Assembly: GCF_009914755.1 (NCBI RefSeq)
Contig: NC_060942.1
Reading direction: 5' to 3' (one strand)
DNA from: the human T2T-CHM13v2.0 reference genome, Homo sapiens
DNA length: 64,000 bases
Positions 1 through 14,370 of the stretch are shown here, piece by piece (within the stretch, counting starts at the first letter, position 1; each line of letters begins with the position of its first letter). The position numbers were made by a program, and so were the translations under genes. Under the pieces are notes generated by a model. It had not been told where the DNA came from. It was given only the letters and a program-made list of their open reading frames with translations, and ran no database searches.

Positions 1-149
1 CGACGTTCTCACCAATATTTGTTATCTCTTGTCTTTTTGGCAGTAGTCATCCTGGCAGGTGGGAGGTGCTATTTCATTGTGCTTTTGATTTGCATTTCCT
101 TGATGGTTAGCGATGTTGAACACCTTTTCATATACTTGTTGACCATTGT
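1..149 (-). mobile_element. Old L1 (L1M-type) ORF2 3' part, minus-strand segment
   Basis: tttgatttgcatttccttgatggttagcgatgttgaacaccttttcatatacttgttgacc is the antisense of the L1 ORF2 C-terminal region (EMQIK motif). Confidence 0.8.
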
Positions 150-815
150 TATATCTTGGTTGGAAGAATTAATATTGTTATAATGCCCATGCTACCCAAA
201 GTGATAGACGAGTCAATGCAATTCCTATCGGAATTCCAACATTTCATTTCAGCATTTTTCACAGAAATAGAAAAAAATTCTAAAATTTGTATGCAACCAC
301 AAAAGACCCCGAGGATCCAAAAAAATTTTGAGAAAGAAAAAGAAAGATGGTGGGACCACACTTACTAATTTAGAATTAGGTTACAAAGCTATAGTAGTCA
401 GAACAGTGTGGTACTGGCGTTAAAGCAGACAGATGGATAGATAGAACAGAACAAAGAGCCCAGTAATAAACCCATATAATATATATGGTCAAGTAATTTT
501 TGACAATGCCACCAAGAAGACACAATGGGGAGAAGACTGTCTCTTTAATAAGTGGTATTGGGAAAACTAGATATCCACATGCAAAAGAATAAAGCTGGAC
601 CTCGTCTCACGCCAGACACAAAAGTCAACTCAAAAATGACTTAAAGACTTAAATGTAAGAACTGCAACGATGAAATTTCTTAGGAGGAAACAGAAGGGGA
701 AGTCTCCTTGCTATTGGCATTGGCAATGATTTTTGCATATTATACCAAAAGTTAGGCAACAAAAGCAAAAATAAGCAAGCGGGACTACATCAAACAGGAA
801 AGCATCTAACAATTT
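150..815 (+). mobile_element. Old L1 ORF2 fragment, plus-strand (inverted) segment
   Basis: ORF 156-368 reads GRINIVIMPMLPK...FFTEIEKN, matching L1 ORF2 [13 protein letters not shown]...FFTELEK; continues through ctctttaataagtggtattgggaaaac and gggactacatcaaac. Confidence 0.85.
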
Positions 816-1559
816 TGAAGCTGCCAAAAAATCTTTTTGCATTTTTAGAAGCCCAAATTGCTTGTTTATTGCTGAGTTTGCCAAAGCATGTTTGGCAGAA
901 TACTAATGGTATTAGTAATGGTGTCGTCAGATGCTTCATAAAAAACAATTCTAGGATTAAAAACAAATGCAAAACCAAAAATCAAGCAATACCTAAAAGC
1001 TTTGAGTATGCCTGAAACCTACAACCTCTCTTGGAGATATAGAGGATATATGATCAGCCTGTTAAGATTTAGAGACATACTGTAGTAAAGAGACCAAATT
1101 AATTCAGTGTCTCAGCTTTTTGACCACAGAAATCTCCTCTCCTCTGCACCACAAACAGGTCTCTGCATGTGGGGAGCCAAACTCTAGAGAAGACATCAGT
1201 GAACTGCTGATTTGGAGTGACTGACACTTATTCCTGAGAGTAGGTGATTCTTCAGTATCCAAAGAAATGTATCAAGTTTGTATTAGATGGAATATAGCTT
1301 ACTTTGTTGCTGAAACATTTTTTAGCACTGACTATACTTGCAAATGTAAGGCATAGTACATGAACATGGCATTAAATTTATGAATAAGAAAATATGCTAT
1401 TCAAATAGAATTTGTTGTATTTTATGTGCTGAGAATTGTATCATATTATTATGATATTATGAATTATATCTTATTTTCTCCTGTGCTCATTTCTGAAGAA
1501 GTAGGGTAAGGTTTTTAATAAAATATATTGATGGCTTTCATGTAATTATAGAAGTAAGG

Positions 1560-2330
1560 CAATTAGAGATAGGGACACTTCAATAGGAAAATTTAAAACT
1601 ACCTAGAATCACGTTATTGTTGTTTGGGAGCCTGCTTTTCTAGTTAATCAAAATTTTTGATCACATTCCTAAGTTGTTGATGGATACATGATCCAGTGTC
1701 CTTTGTATGCATTTACCATAATGAATACAATCTAGTGTTTCATATCTAGGCTTCTTATTTTTTCTTTTACAAACAAAACTACAGTGAAGTGCCCTAAAAC
1801 TAAGTCTTTGATCAAATTTTTGCTTTTCACCTCAGGATAAATATTGAGGTGGTGCCTCCATTTATGTGTATTTAAAAATCTTGACAACTTTTTCTTGTTC
1901 TCTTTATTTTCATATTTACATCTTTATGTGTTGATATTAATTATAGTAATATCAAAACAGCAATGTAACTTTTTGGTGTGTTTAGAAAAGTTTTTAGAAT
2001 TTCCAATTGTTGAATATTTTTTGGTGTGTGCTTTTTGTTATAAATTTTTAGTTCTGTTGCATGTGGCTAGGAAAACGTAGCCCACATAATTTATCTTTTT
2101 GGAATTTGCTGAGATCTTCTGTGTGGCCTGATAGATGGTTTCTAGGAAGGGAGATCAAACATTCTCCACATGTGCAGAATAAATATCTATTACCATGAGC
2201 TGCATTTGGCTTGGGGGTTGTAGTTTGCTGACCCTACCCTCAATTTCTGTTTTCATCTTACCTACTTGATTGAGAGATGTGTTAAAGTGTTTTACTACTA
2301 TTGGGCACATTTATATTTTTGGTCAAAGAG
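1560..2330 (-). mobile_element. Highly decayed L1ME-like fragments
   Basis: T-rich antisense L1-like tracts such as ggaatttgctgagatcttctgtgtggcctga and tgagagatgtgttaaagtg; boundaries approximate. Confidence 0.4.
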
Positions 2331-2338
2331 AGAATGAG

Positions 2339-2341
<3 letters not shown>

Positions 2342-2402
<61 letters not shown>
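2342..2402. repeat. Compound (TG)n(AG)n microsatellite
   Basis: Pure TG run of about 23 units followed directly by about 7 AG units. Confidence 0.97.
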
Positions 2403-2403
<1 letters not shown>

Positions 2404-3039
2404 ATCACGACTCATGGTCTTAGTTACATCCTTACTTGTACATGATATGTTTTATCAATAAAACAATGACTTTTTAAGTACTGATTAATACATTGAATCT
2501 TGAATTCTATTTTTTCCAATAGTAATATTGCAAACTTCTTTCCTATTGGTTTGCATTTGATTGTTTTAACTTGCCTGTTCTTTAAGTTTTAATTCTCCAT
2601 GTCTTGTATTTCAGCTTTGCGTTTTGTGGGCATTGGGTAGGTGGACTTGGAGGAATTTCTACAAGCTTGCTTTATTTGTAGTTTTTCTCAATATGAGATT
2701 TTTTGAGTTTAAAATGTAATATAATCCATGTCAATTCATAATTGATAGATCATCTTTTCTGTTTGGTTTTGCTTACATCTTATTAACAATTTCTTTGGCT
2801 TTTTATCTTAATTTCATTTGCAATATGAATTGTGCTTTCTTTGATTATCTTTTGTCAGTAATTTCACTTATATTCTGTATGTCTCAGACAGAGTAGGGAG
2901 CTGCTCTGTGTGTATCTGGCTGACCAGTTACCTAGGGGGAGCTGGTCCTGATGGCCTTACTTGAAAGGTTGGCCGAGTGAACCAGATTTTCCCTTTGATG
3001 AACTTGTATTAAGAATTCTCACTAAGAAATATGGAGAAC

Positions 3040-5350
<2,311 letters not shown>

Positions 5351-5360
5351 ATGTCCTTTT

Positions 5361-5710
5361 ATATTAGGATTCTCCAGAGAAACAGAAACAATAGGAGATA
5401 AGAGAGACAGACAGAGACAGAGAGATAATGAGAGACAGGAAGAAAGATTCATTATGAAGAATTGGCTCATATAATTATGGAGGTTGAGAAGTCCCCAAAT
5501 CTGCAAGCTGGAGACTCAGGAAAGCCAATAGTGTAAGTTCCAGTCCAAGTCCAAAGGCCTGAGCATCGGGGAAGCCTGTGATGCCAATCCCTGTCCAAAA
5601 GCAGAAGAAAGATGAGAATTCCCGGCTCCAGGAGTCAGGCAAGGAAAAAAGAACCAAATCCATCCTCCTTTGGCCTTTGCTCTATTCAGGCCTTCAATGT
5701 ATTCCCCCAT
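5361..5710 (-). mobile_element. MLT2 (ERVL) LTR, partial
   Basis: tattaggattctccagagaaacagaaacaatagg is the reverse complement of the MLT2 3' end; gaattggctcatataattatggaggttgagaagtcc and agtccaaaggcctgag are typical of MLT2. Confidence 0.85.
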
Positions 5711-8230
5711 TTGGTCTTCTATGCAGAGTTCAACAACCCCTGGACCATTCATTCTGGTGGCCAATGGCAACGACAATTTCTTATCAAAGTTGACCCTCTA
5801 GGGTACTCTGGGTGTTTCATGCCCCACAGTTACCAAATACAGAGAAAGGTCTCACTGGTCTCTGCACCTCTAAACTCGTTTCAGCATACAGACAGGTAAA
5901 CCAAGTCATGTTTCTGACACACAGTACACCTCGGATGCCACCAACCTCATCCTAGACAACCCACGAAACCTCAGGACATCCAAGGACCTCTGCCCTGAAG
6001 ACCTGGGCAGAGTGTGAGTGACCTCCATCTTCGCTTCTGTGCCAACAGAGTGACTGGTTCATGTGTCTTCAATGGGTAAACATGCCCCTGGTCAAATATA
6101 CTCAACGGGCACAATTCCAGTGGTGACACACGTCACAGGCTGCAGCATCCCTCCAGGCCACACACTATGCTCTGACCACGGGAGGCACCTGTGTGGCCAC
6201 ATTACTCTCCCCACCCACTGGCAAGCCCCTCTGAAGCCACCATGCAGGACTCACCAGAAATTCCTTATCCCTTTCAAGGTCTAGACATTCTTGATAGTGA
6301 CCAAGGCCCTCATTTTATATCAGAACACAAAACACTGGGCTCTTGAACAAGGCATTCGAGGGAGATTTCACCTCCCTCAGCAGCCTCAGGGGAGGGGCCT
6401 GGTAGAGCACTTACTTCTACAAATCCTGCTATTTATAAAACAACATATGATCTTCTAAAGCACTGTCCCTCCTGCACAAGGCCATGCTTATGCCGAACTC
6501 CTGGTCATTAGGGTCCACGCCTCCTTTTCAAAATGCATTTACTACATCCCAAATGCCTTTCTTTGCCCTTAAAATGACATGACACTATGGGGCCCAGGAG
6601 GACTACATCGCACCTCTTCCAGCTACCCGTCCTCCATCTCAGCTCCCAAGCCTGGCCCCACTGGGACAGGGCTGCACAGAAGGTGAACCTTGAGCTGCGA
6701 CCCCTTCACTATTTATCCAGATGAGAGGCATCTGTGTAAGCCACAAGCTTTACCAAAATTTCCAGCTGCGAAGGTGATTCCATTGGTAAGACTAGGAATG
6801 ATCTGACTCAGAAAGCAGAAACCACCACGATATGGATCCACACCCACATCTGTGCAATGGCAGAAAGGGGCCAAGGAAAGTCAAACGTGGTTTCAACCAA
6901 AAGCACCCTCCCCAGTGGAATGCAGCCGTTCCTGACCACAAAGACCTGGAATGGGAGTGTAACCTGTCCACACTGTGACTATGAAGGTCTAGGTCCCCAG
7001 GCCCCTGGGGTGTGGCACCCTATGCAGGCTACCGCTTGGCCTTCTGGCTCTTCATAGCTTGTTTCTGTCTATTCTGGGGAGTAGCCTGGGCCAGGACGTT
7101 GCAGTCCACTGCACAGAACCAACCTTGTAATGCAGTACTCACTGGGCTATTTTTATTTTTGCCAACAGTGCTACCCACATTTACTTGTCTCTTCAGCAGT
7201 TCGACCATAGTCATCCCCTCATCTCCTCTGTGGATGCCAAACCACTGCTGGCACCAGGTGGAAAACATCTTGCAATGCTTGGAGCAGCCCCTCCCTAATA
7301 GCCATTGCAAACCCACTAGGGAGTCACACAGCCCAAGAGGCGGACCAAACACTCACCAGAAGGCTTCCAGCGGTTGCCTCTGCTCAAAACTGGCCATACC
7401 AATATGTGGTTAAAACATTTAGAAGATGCTGGGAAAGACCATCCTGGATTATCTGGGGGACCCTGGTGTCCTCACAGGGGCCCTTCTAAGAGGGAGGCAG
7501 CAGGGTCAAGGGCAGAGAAGGCGATGAGTGGATGTGAGCAGTGGGAGGAGGTGGAAGGGGGTCGAAGATGCCACGCTACTGGCTTTGAAGACAGAAGAAG
7601 GGACCATGAGCCAAAGAGCACATGTGGCATCTGGAACCTGGAAAGGCCAAAGACAGATTCTACCCTGGAGCCTGCACAGGGAACCGGCAGCACAAATCCC
7701 TTGGCTTCAGCTCAGTAAAGCTCATTCTGGACTTTTGGCCTTTAGAATTGTAAGAAGAAACAAGAAAGTGTGTTGTCTTAAACCATCACGTTTGAGGTAA
7801 TTTGTTACAGCAGCCATGAGAAACTCATACACGTTCCCTTAGGGAGCAGTTTGGGCCACTGGATTCCTAGGAGCTGAAATGCAGTCTGTCCAAGAACTCC
7901 AGGCCATGGACACCTTTCATGGGATTGCCTCGTTGCAACGCAGATCTTCGTGAAATGTAAACAGTATCAAGATACGATTATATCCTCTAACCAGGGAATT
8001 AACATCACATGTCATCAGTTATTCCCAGTGCCGGGGTGTCAGTTAACCTCCAGTGGTTTCCTTCTGAAGATTCTCTGGAGGCTACGAAAATCAAATTTTG
8101 GGGAGGTAAACTTGTCTCCACAATCACAACACTCTTGAAATTGAGAGAAAAGATGAACAGAGTTTTCTGTAAAAGAAACTGGAAAACATCAACTACCCAA
8201 GGAGACATTTCTAATCACTCTGGGCTACAG
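5711..8230 (-). mobile_element. Decayed class III (ERVL-like) internal pro-pol region, interrupted by MLT1D
   Basis: Colinear minus-strand relics: protease-like near 7850-7950, RT-like GWFCAVD (ORF 7029-7352, compare ERVL TWYAAID), WALV-like codons near 6300 and integrase-like codons near 5780-6070. It abuts a same-strand MLT2 LTR. Similarities are weak and judged by eye. Confidence 0.55.
7410..7831 (+). mobile_element. MLT1D-like MaLR LTR
   Basis: atcctggattatctggg, ctggctttgaagacagaagaagggaccatgagcca, and 3' end gtaatttgttacagcagccatgagaaactcataca. Confidence 0.85.
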
Positions 8231-8380
8231 GGATGAATCTTTCTAAGATACCAATGCATCCTGGGAAATCCTCTTCAATTCGAAACATGACTACAAATAG
8301 GAAGGACAAGATCCCAATCTCCCCCCGTCCCCTCCCTTTCTCCAACATGACAGCTCAGACAAGAAAGCAGCTGCCTCTCG

Positions 8381-8529
8381 GTTCCTACCACATGCACCTG
8401 CCTGGAGGAGGACTTTTTTCTCCTTCTCTTCACTGGTTTGGAGGTGATTCTTTGTCTGTTCCTACCATGTGCACCTGCCTGGGTGAGGCCTTTTTTCTTC
8501 TTCTCTTCATTGGTTTGGAGGTGATTCTT
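8381..8529. repeat. 77-bp tandem dimer
   Basis: gttcctacca...tgcacctgcctgg...tggtttggaggtgattctt starts at 8381 and again at 8458. Confidence 0.9.
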
Positions 8530-9829
8530 CGTTAAAGAACAAAGTGACCTTGTCAGAGAATTACAGGCAGACTAAATGTTCAACTTAGCAGAAAGTCTGC
8601 CTTTGACTTACAGTATAATCGCCAAATGCAGAAGCTTTTTCTGTGGTCAGAAGGCTGAATGCCGAACATCAAGTCTTTCTGCCATCAGAGATGAAGCTTT
8701 GAAGAAGCCACGACCTTTCTTTGTGATGCGCGACACTGGGAAGTGAGCAGGGCTATTCAGCACCAATTGAGTGCTTTAAATAAAAAATCCTGCTTTTTTT
8801 CCCCTGTACCTGAAGCCTATCAACCAGTGCCTATTAATCAAAGTCTATAACACAGTGCAATGCTAGCTGCCACACTGATTCTCTGCTTTCTCATTTCTAA
8901 TGAGGAAACATCCGGGTATTCCAATGACTTTAAACAATATGCAGTCCCTTTGCACAGTGTTGACACAAAGGGTTCTTCATGGTGAGACATGTTGGCTTGA
9001 AGGCATGGCTCTTTATTAAGTGAAAGTCTGAGGTTTGACACGAAGAGATGAAACAATGTTAGCTACTCACTGGGATGGTCTATCCGTTGCTGACTAGTGT
9101 AATTAAACAAACTAATTGGTAAACATTGTGTAACCATACAAATGCACTAGAAAACAGGAAAATGTATCCACATATAGAAAACAATCCCTAGTGAAAGGCT
9201 GAGACAGGAATTTTATTTTTATAAAAGGAGCAGGAGAGCAGGAGGAACTGATGGGTAGCACACTGTGGACAGTATACTTAGAAAGCTACAGACAAGGTAT
9301 CGTTTATTTTAAAAACAATGCCAAGAACATTAAAAATGCTGTTGTACATAACTTTATTGTATGTTTTCAGTTTCCATTCTTGAGGAAAGGAAAAGATTGG
9401 CATTTTTCTTAAATGAGTAATGCATTTAATGAAGAATTAAGCAGCTCAGACACTCACGGCTTTTGCATGACAAATAAGTGTTCAGAAATGAAAACTGACA
9501 GGCAAAATGCCCTCTTTAGGAGGAATGACATGAGTCTGCATTCTTATGGGGAGGGCTGGCAAAAAGTGGGTTTTCAAGTGGAGGTGCCCGAGGTGGCAGG
9601 GCGAGTGGGGCAGCCCCACAGGGGTTGAGAGGAAGGAGACAGGTAAAGGGAGGCTGGATCTGGGGGTGGGTGAGAGAAGAGGAGGGAGAAGTGGGTGGAG
9701 GAGCCACCCCAGCTGACCTCTGAGCCTGACAGTCAGCAGCACAGACCCCCGGAGGAGGCTGGGCATTGAAGATGGCATCCTCCCATGAGGGAGAGGAGAA
9801 AAGTGGTCCCAGACACTGCACCCATGTGC

Positions 9830-9970
9830 ACTAATTTAATCCTCACACAACATACTCAACGGATTAGGTGAAATTTCTTTCTTTTCTCAATGAAACCGAG
9901 TCACAGACATCAGCCATGGTGATCAAGGTGACCATGGTCAAGGCTGAGAGCTCGGCTGGAGTGTCTGATT
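9830..9970 (-). mobile_element. MIR fragment
   Basis: atttaatcctcacacaac...gaaaccgagtcacaga resembles the antisense MIR core. Confidence 0.55.
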
Positions 9971-11036
9971 GTGCTCTGCCCACGGGGTGTGTGGGGCCCT
10001 GGGTGGAGGGGAGGGGGGATATACCCCATGTGGCACAGCTGGTATCACATGGTTTCCAGAAGCAGGCGGAACCACATGCCACGGGTTCCTGAGACCGTGG
10101 GACAGGAGACATATTGGGACAGTCACAGGGAATAACTGGCTCACTGGTGCTTTGGGTCTTGATCGGACCTGCAGTGTGGTGTGCCTGAGTTTCTCACCCA
10201 ATACTCTACTACCACACCACGTGCACACAACAGTTCCCTTCACAACTGGAGGGACAACAGCCTGGAGCCAAGGGTTTCTGGATTGCAGCTTGAACTTTAA
10301 AAAATGCTCAGGGCAGAGCACTCCCCACTCCCACACTCTTGCTGCTGCCCGCACGCCGGGTTGTGAAACTCCCAGGGGTCTCTCTGCCTGGAGTTGTCCC
10401 AGCTCCTTCACAAGTGGGGGCAGGGATGTGAGAGAGATTGGGCCAGGTGTCAGCCCACAGGCTGTGCAGGGCTAAGGGCATGCAGGGGTCGAGGGGAGCC
10501 AGGGGCTGGAGAACTCTGCACACAGGAGTCCACCCAGGAGTGGGTGGCAGGGAGCTCCAGGCAGGGTGAGGGCTGGCAGCTCCTCTGCCTGGGTGTGGTG
10601 GCAGCTGTGACCTGGCTGGAATAGCCCATTTCCCTGCAGCAAGAACCTGAGAAGCAGGTGGGCTGGGCCTGTCTGCCCATCTCATCTGGGGAGATCTGTG
10701 GCCACTGGCCACGTGCTCTAGGACACCAGGATCTCTGGGTCTCAAAAGTTCCCTATTAAAATGCTAACAGTGCTCAGCGGGCCCCCAGCTCATCACCGAG
10801 CCCTGCAGAGGGATGTGGTTCTCGAGCCTGTGTCTCTCCTGAGGGAGCCTGGATCGCAGCTCCCTGGACCTCCAGTCACCCATAGCAGTGAAAATAACAG
10901 CTTACGTCACTGACCGCCTCTCAGATACTTCATGCTGATGGGACAGAATTAATTGAATTCCAGAGCTGGAAAGGACTTAAGAAATCACTGATTCCCAATG
11001 TCTCCTTATGCATATTGAGAAACCAGGGATCCCCAG

Positions 11037-11389
11037 GGCAATGGGCTATCTGTGTGTTTTCCCCAAATCCATGCCTGGAAATCCTCCTTTTCAGCATGAG
11101 GATGAGCAGGTGGGGCTCTGGGAGGGGGTTAGCTCACCAGGACAGAGCCCTCAAAGATGGGGTGAGTGCCCTTATGAAAAAGACCCCTGAGAGCTGCCTT
11201 GCCCATCCCACCATGTGAGGATGTGGCAAGAAGGTGGCCATGAGCTGGGAAGTGGCCCTCACAGGATACCAAACCTGCGGGGACTTGATCTTGGACCTCC
11301 AGCCTCCTGAATCCTAGAAGTGGGTTCTGCTGCCTATAAGCCACCTGGACTATGGTATTTTGTCATAGCGACCCCAGCTGACTGAGACA
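11037..11389 (+). mobile_element. MLT1A-type MaLR solo LTR
   Basis: agtgcccttatgaaaaagacccctgagagc, ttgatcttggacctccagcctcc, and 3' end ctatggtattttgtcatagcgaccccagctgactgagaca. Confidence 0.9.
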
Positions 11390-11490
11390 TCCTGTGGGCT
11401 TCAGCTATTTCCAGCAGAGGCATCAAATTTGGGCCAGTGACTGTCCTAAGCAGGGCTATGGGCAGACACAGACCATGTCGAGCCTCTCCC

Positions 11491-11599
11491 TTGCACCTCA
11501 CTCAGGACTCCAGGGCACTGCCATCCGCCTGCGTTACCTGTCTGTTTGCACCTCACTCAGGACTCCAGGGCACTGCCATCTGCCTGCGTTACCTGTCTG
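11491..11599. repeat. 55-bp near-perfect tandem dimer
   Basis: ttgcacctcactcaggactccagggcactgccatc(c/t)gcctgcgttacctgtctg at 11491 and 11546, with one internal mismatch. Confidence 0.95.
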
Positions 11600-12097
11600 C
11601 TGAGGGGATTTGGTTTTGCAATGCACTATGGTGGAAGAAAGGTAGGATGTTGTATTTATCTTTTAGATTAGGAGGTGGAGACTCAGATTAAGTGACACAA
11701 CCATGAAAATAAAAACGAAAACAAGACACGCTGGGCACAGTGTTTTCTGGCTCCTGGTCTGAGGCTCCTTCCATGCCAACTAACTCAGTGTCCTGGGTAA
11801 ATGTCCGCCACAAGCTAGTCCCTTTGGGGCTTCAGCTCTGCGACCCCTCAGGAAATAACAAGGAGTGTGTTATCTTGAGTTGAGATAGTTAGGGGCTTAG
11901 GCAGGGCAGCGCTTCAAGCAGAAAGGCATGGAGAGCAGTGAGAAATTAGGGAGGAAGGCGACATCCCTTCCCCATCCTGCTCTGTGCCCAGCAGGCTCCA
12001 CACCTGCCCAGGTGAGGTCTTGGTAGCTCCCGGCAGATGAGGGGCCTCCAGCCAGGGTACTTGGTCCCTTGGTCCCACGATGTCTGTAGCACTCACA

Positions 12098-12201
12098 TCA
12101 GGTGGGGCCCATGGCCACCTGCCTGGTACGAGCAAGAGGACCACCTTCCTTCAGGTGGGGTCCACGGTCACCTGCCTGGTGTGATCAAGAGGACCACCTT
12201 C
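12098..12201. repeat. 53-bp diverged tandem dimer
   Basis: tcaggtgggg...cacctgcctggt...caagaggaccaccttc at 12098 and 12151. Confidence 0.85.
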
Positions 12202-13818
12202 TGCACTCACAGCATGTGGGGTGAGTTCTTCAAAACCACGTGGTGTGGGGTAAGGAACAGGGCTTATGGGGAAAATGTAATCAGGCCATGGCTCCAGCAG
12301 AAGAAGGCTCAGGTCGCCCATCTTGCATCTTCCTTCACGGGCACACACTGAGGGTCCGCATTCCAGGGAGGACCACCCCTCCGTGGGAAAGCGGTCTTGT
12401 GGGGGAATCCTCGCGGCCGGTATGGGGTGCCAGCTGCTGAAAGCTGTTTGGGAAGGTCAGGGGCTCTGTCCTTGCAGATGTCGGTCCCTCCTGTTGAGGA
12501 AGGGGGCCTCTAGTTGTAGGAATCTTGGGGGTGGCGGTGCTGGCTCCTGCAGGATGGGGAGGCCAGCCCCATCTCAGCTGTTGTGCACCAGCCAATCACC
12601 AGCATATAGCTTCCTCTTTAGTTATTTATATTAAATAACTGCACTGCAATGAGAAGAATTTTCCAAAATGGCTCTGGGAGCTTACTCTGGACGCTGAGAA
12701 GAGAAGACTCGCAATCGCGGGAGATGCCCCAGGGCCCTGGAGGACAGCCCGGCTTACTAGCGCCATCTGACTGACTGGATTGGCCCTACCTGTCAGAAAA
12801 GAGAGGAGCTTCCCCAGAAGACACCCCTGGCAGACTGTTTCCTGGCCTGCTTTTTCAATAGGACGGGAGTGCCTTGCTTTGCGGATGACAGTGGTGGGCC
12901 TGGAAGGAGATGAGGCTCCTACAATCCCACTGAGAAACGGAGTCATTTCCTAGCTCCATTGTTCATGCTCAGATTGTTAAGATGGGTACAAACTCCATAA
13001 GCCAGAGAGGTCTTTGCTCTGAATTATCCCAGAGCCCTAAAGGGCCACAGCTGGAGGGCTCTGGTAAGGGCCATGGCCATCTTGCTTGGGAAAGGCCATC
13101 TGGTGAAAGCAGGGTGAGGGCACCCCTCCCGTGCGGCCTGCAGTGGAGGAGACATCAAAGCCAGCAGCAGCAGCTGAGCGCAGGCTGAATGCAGGCTTCC
13201 CACGAGGTGCATACTAACCCTGTGTCTGTACAATTCCAGGGGCAGGTTTTTCATTCCCTGTCACACTGATTCGCCCAAAGCTCCTCCTTGCTGGCAGATT
13301 CTAGGGCTGAGATTTAAGGACAGCTGTGCCTGCCCCAGGTCGGTGGCTCTGTGTTCCCCCTCTCCAGGGACACGCAGCGGATGGAACACATCGTCTTGAT
13401 CTCTGATGCCTTTACTGGAAAATCAGATAAGAAAATCTCATGTAAAATGGTAAACATGTATTGGTCTGGGAGATCATGTCATAAAACATACAAGGAAAGG
13501 ATTTCATGTTAGTAAAATGTAAGTTTAAAGATCCAACTTTGACCACACATACTGTTTCTAGGGGCAAGGTTTTAAGTGTGGCAGGGGTTGGGTGGCCACC
13601 TTCAGGGGCGTCCTTGGCAGTAGGAAGCCTGTGCAGGTGTCCAGGGCTGTTCAAACAGGGGTTGTAGACATGCGTCTGTGAGGACATGGGGTCTGTCGCT
13701 GGAATCTGGAGCCAGCAGTTAGGCAGGGACCAGGGAGCACAGCCCATGGCCTTTGTGGGGCCTATACAAGTGAATGTGTGGCCAAGGCATGCAGCCTGGT
13801 GCCCAAGGCCCTAGAGTA

Positions 13819-14105
13819 CAGAACTGGCACCAGCGCTGCCAGGGTCCCAGGGTCCCAGGGCTGGGTCAGCAGAAGCAACACCGGTGCTGTGAGGCTCCCA
13901 GGGTCGGGCGAGCAGAACCAACACCAGCGCTGCCAGGGTCCCAGGGTCCCAGGCCAGCACAGCAGAACCAACACAAGCTCTGTGAGGGTCCCGGGCTGGG
14001 CCAGCAGAACCAGCACCTGCCCTGTGAGGGTTCCAGGTCTGGGCCAGCAGAACCAGCACCAGCTCTGTGAGGGTCCCAGGGCAGGGCCAGCACAGAAGCC
14101 AGCCA
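13819..14105. repeat. GC-rich minisatellite, about 6.5 units of 42-51 bp
   Basis: Anchor cagaa(c/g) recurs at 13819, 13870, 13913, 13963, 14005, 14048 and 14093; core cagcagaaccagcaccagctctgtgagggtcccagggctgggc. Confidence 0.9.
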
Positions 14106-14370
14106 GCAGTCTCGGGCACTAGGCGGCCATGTCGGGGGCTGTCCCCAGATTCTGCTGATGTGGAGCTGCCCAGCACCCCTCAAGTTCCCTCCCTCCCGGG
14201 ACCTGGTAGTGGAGTTAGGGTAGATGAGGACAGTTATGTGGTCCCAGGGATGGGGCGGAGCGCAGGGTTTAGGGTCAGGCTCAGAATATGGAACCTTGAC
14301 TCCTCCACTCAGTGGTACAGCATGGCCCGAAGAGGAGGAGGAGGAGGCTCTGGAAGGGAGCAGCACCCAC

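Noticed and set aside
9303-9358. Two minus-strand AATAAA signals suggesting a transcript 3' end
   Set aside because: The hexamer is common in AT-rich DNA and no upstream exon could be identified.
9864-10745. Overlapping 145-168 aa ORFs in GC-rich unique DNA
   Set aside because: ORFs occur on both strands with no recognisable protein motif or convincing splice sites; this is expected by chance at this GC content.
12760-12783. CTCF-like gcgccatctgactg next to a reverse CCAAT
   Set aside because: Only 11/14 core positions match; too weak to call without ChIP data.
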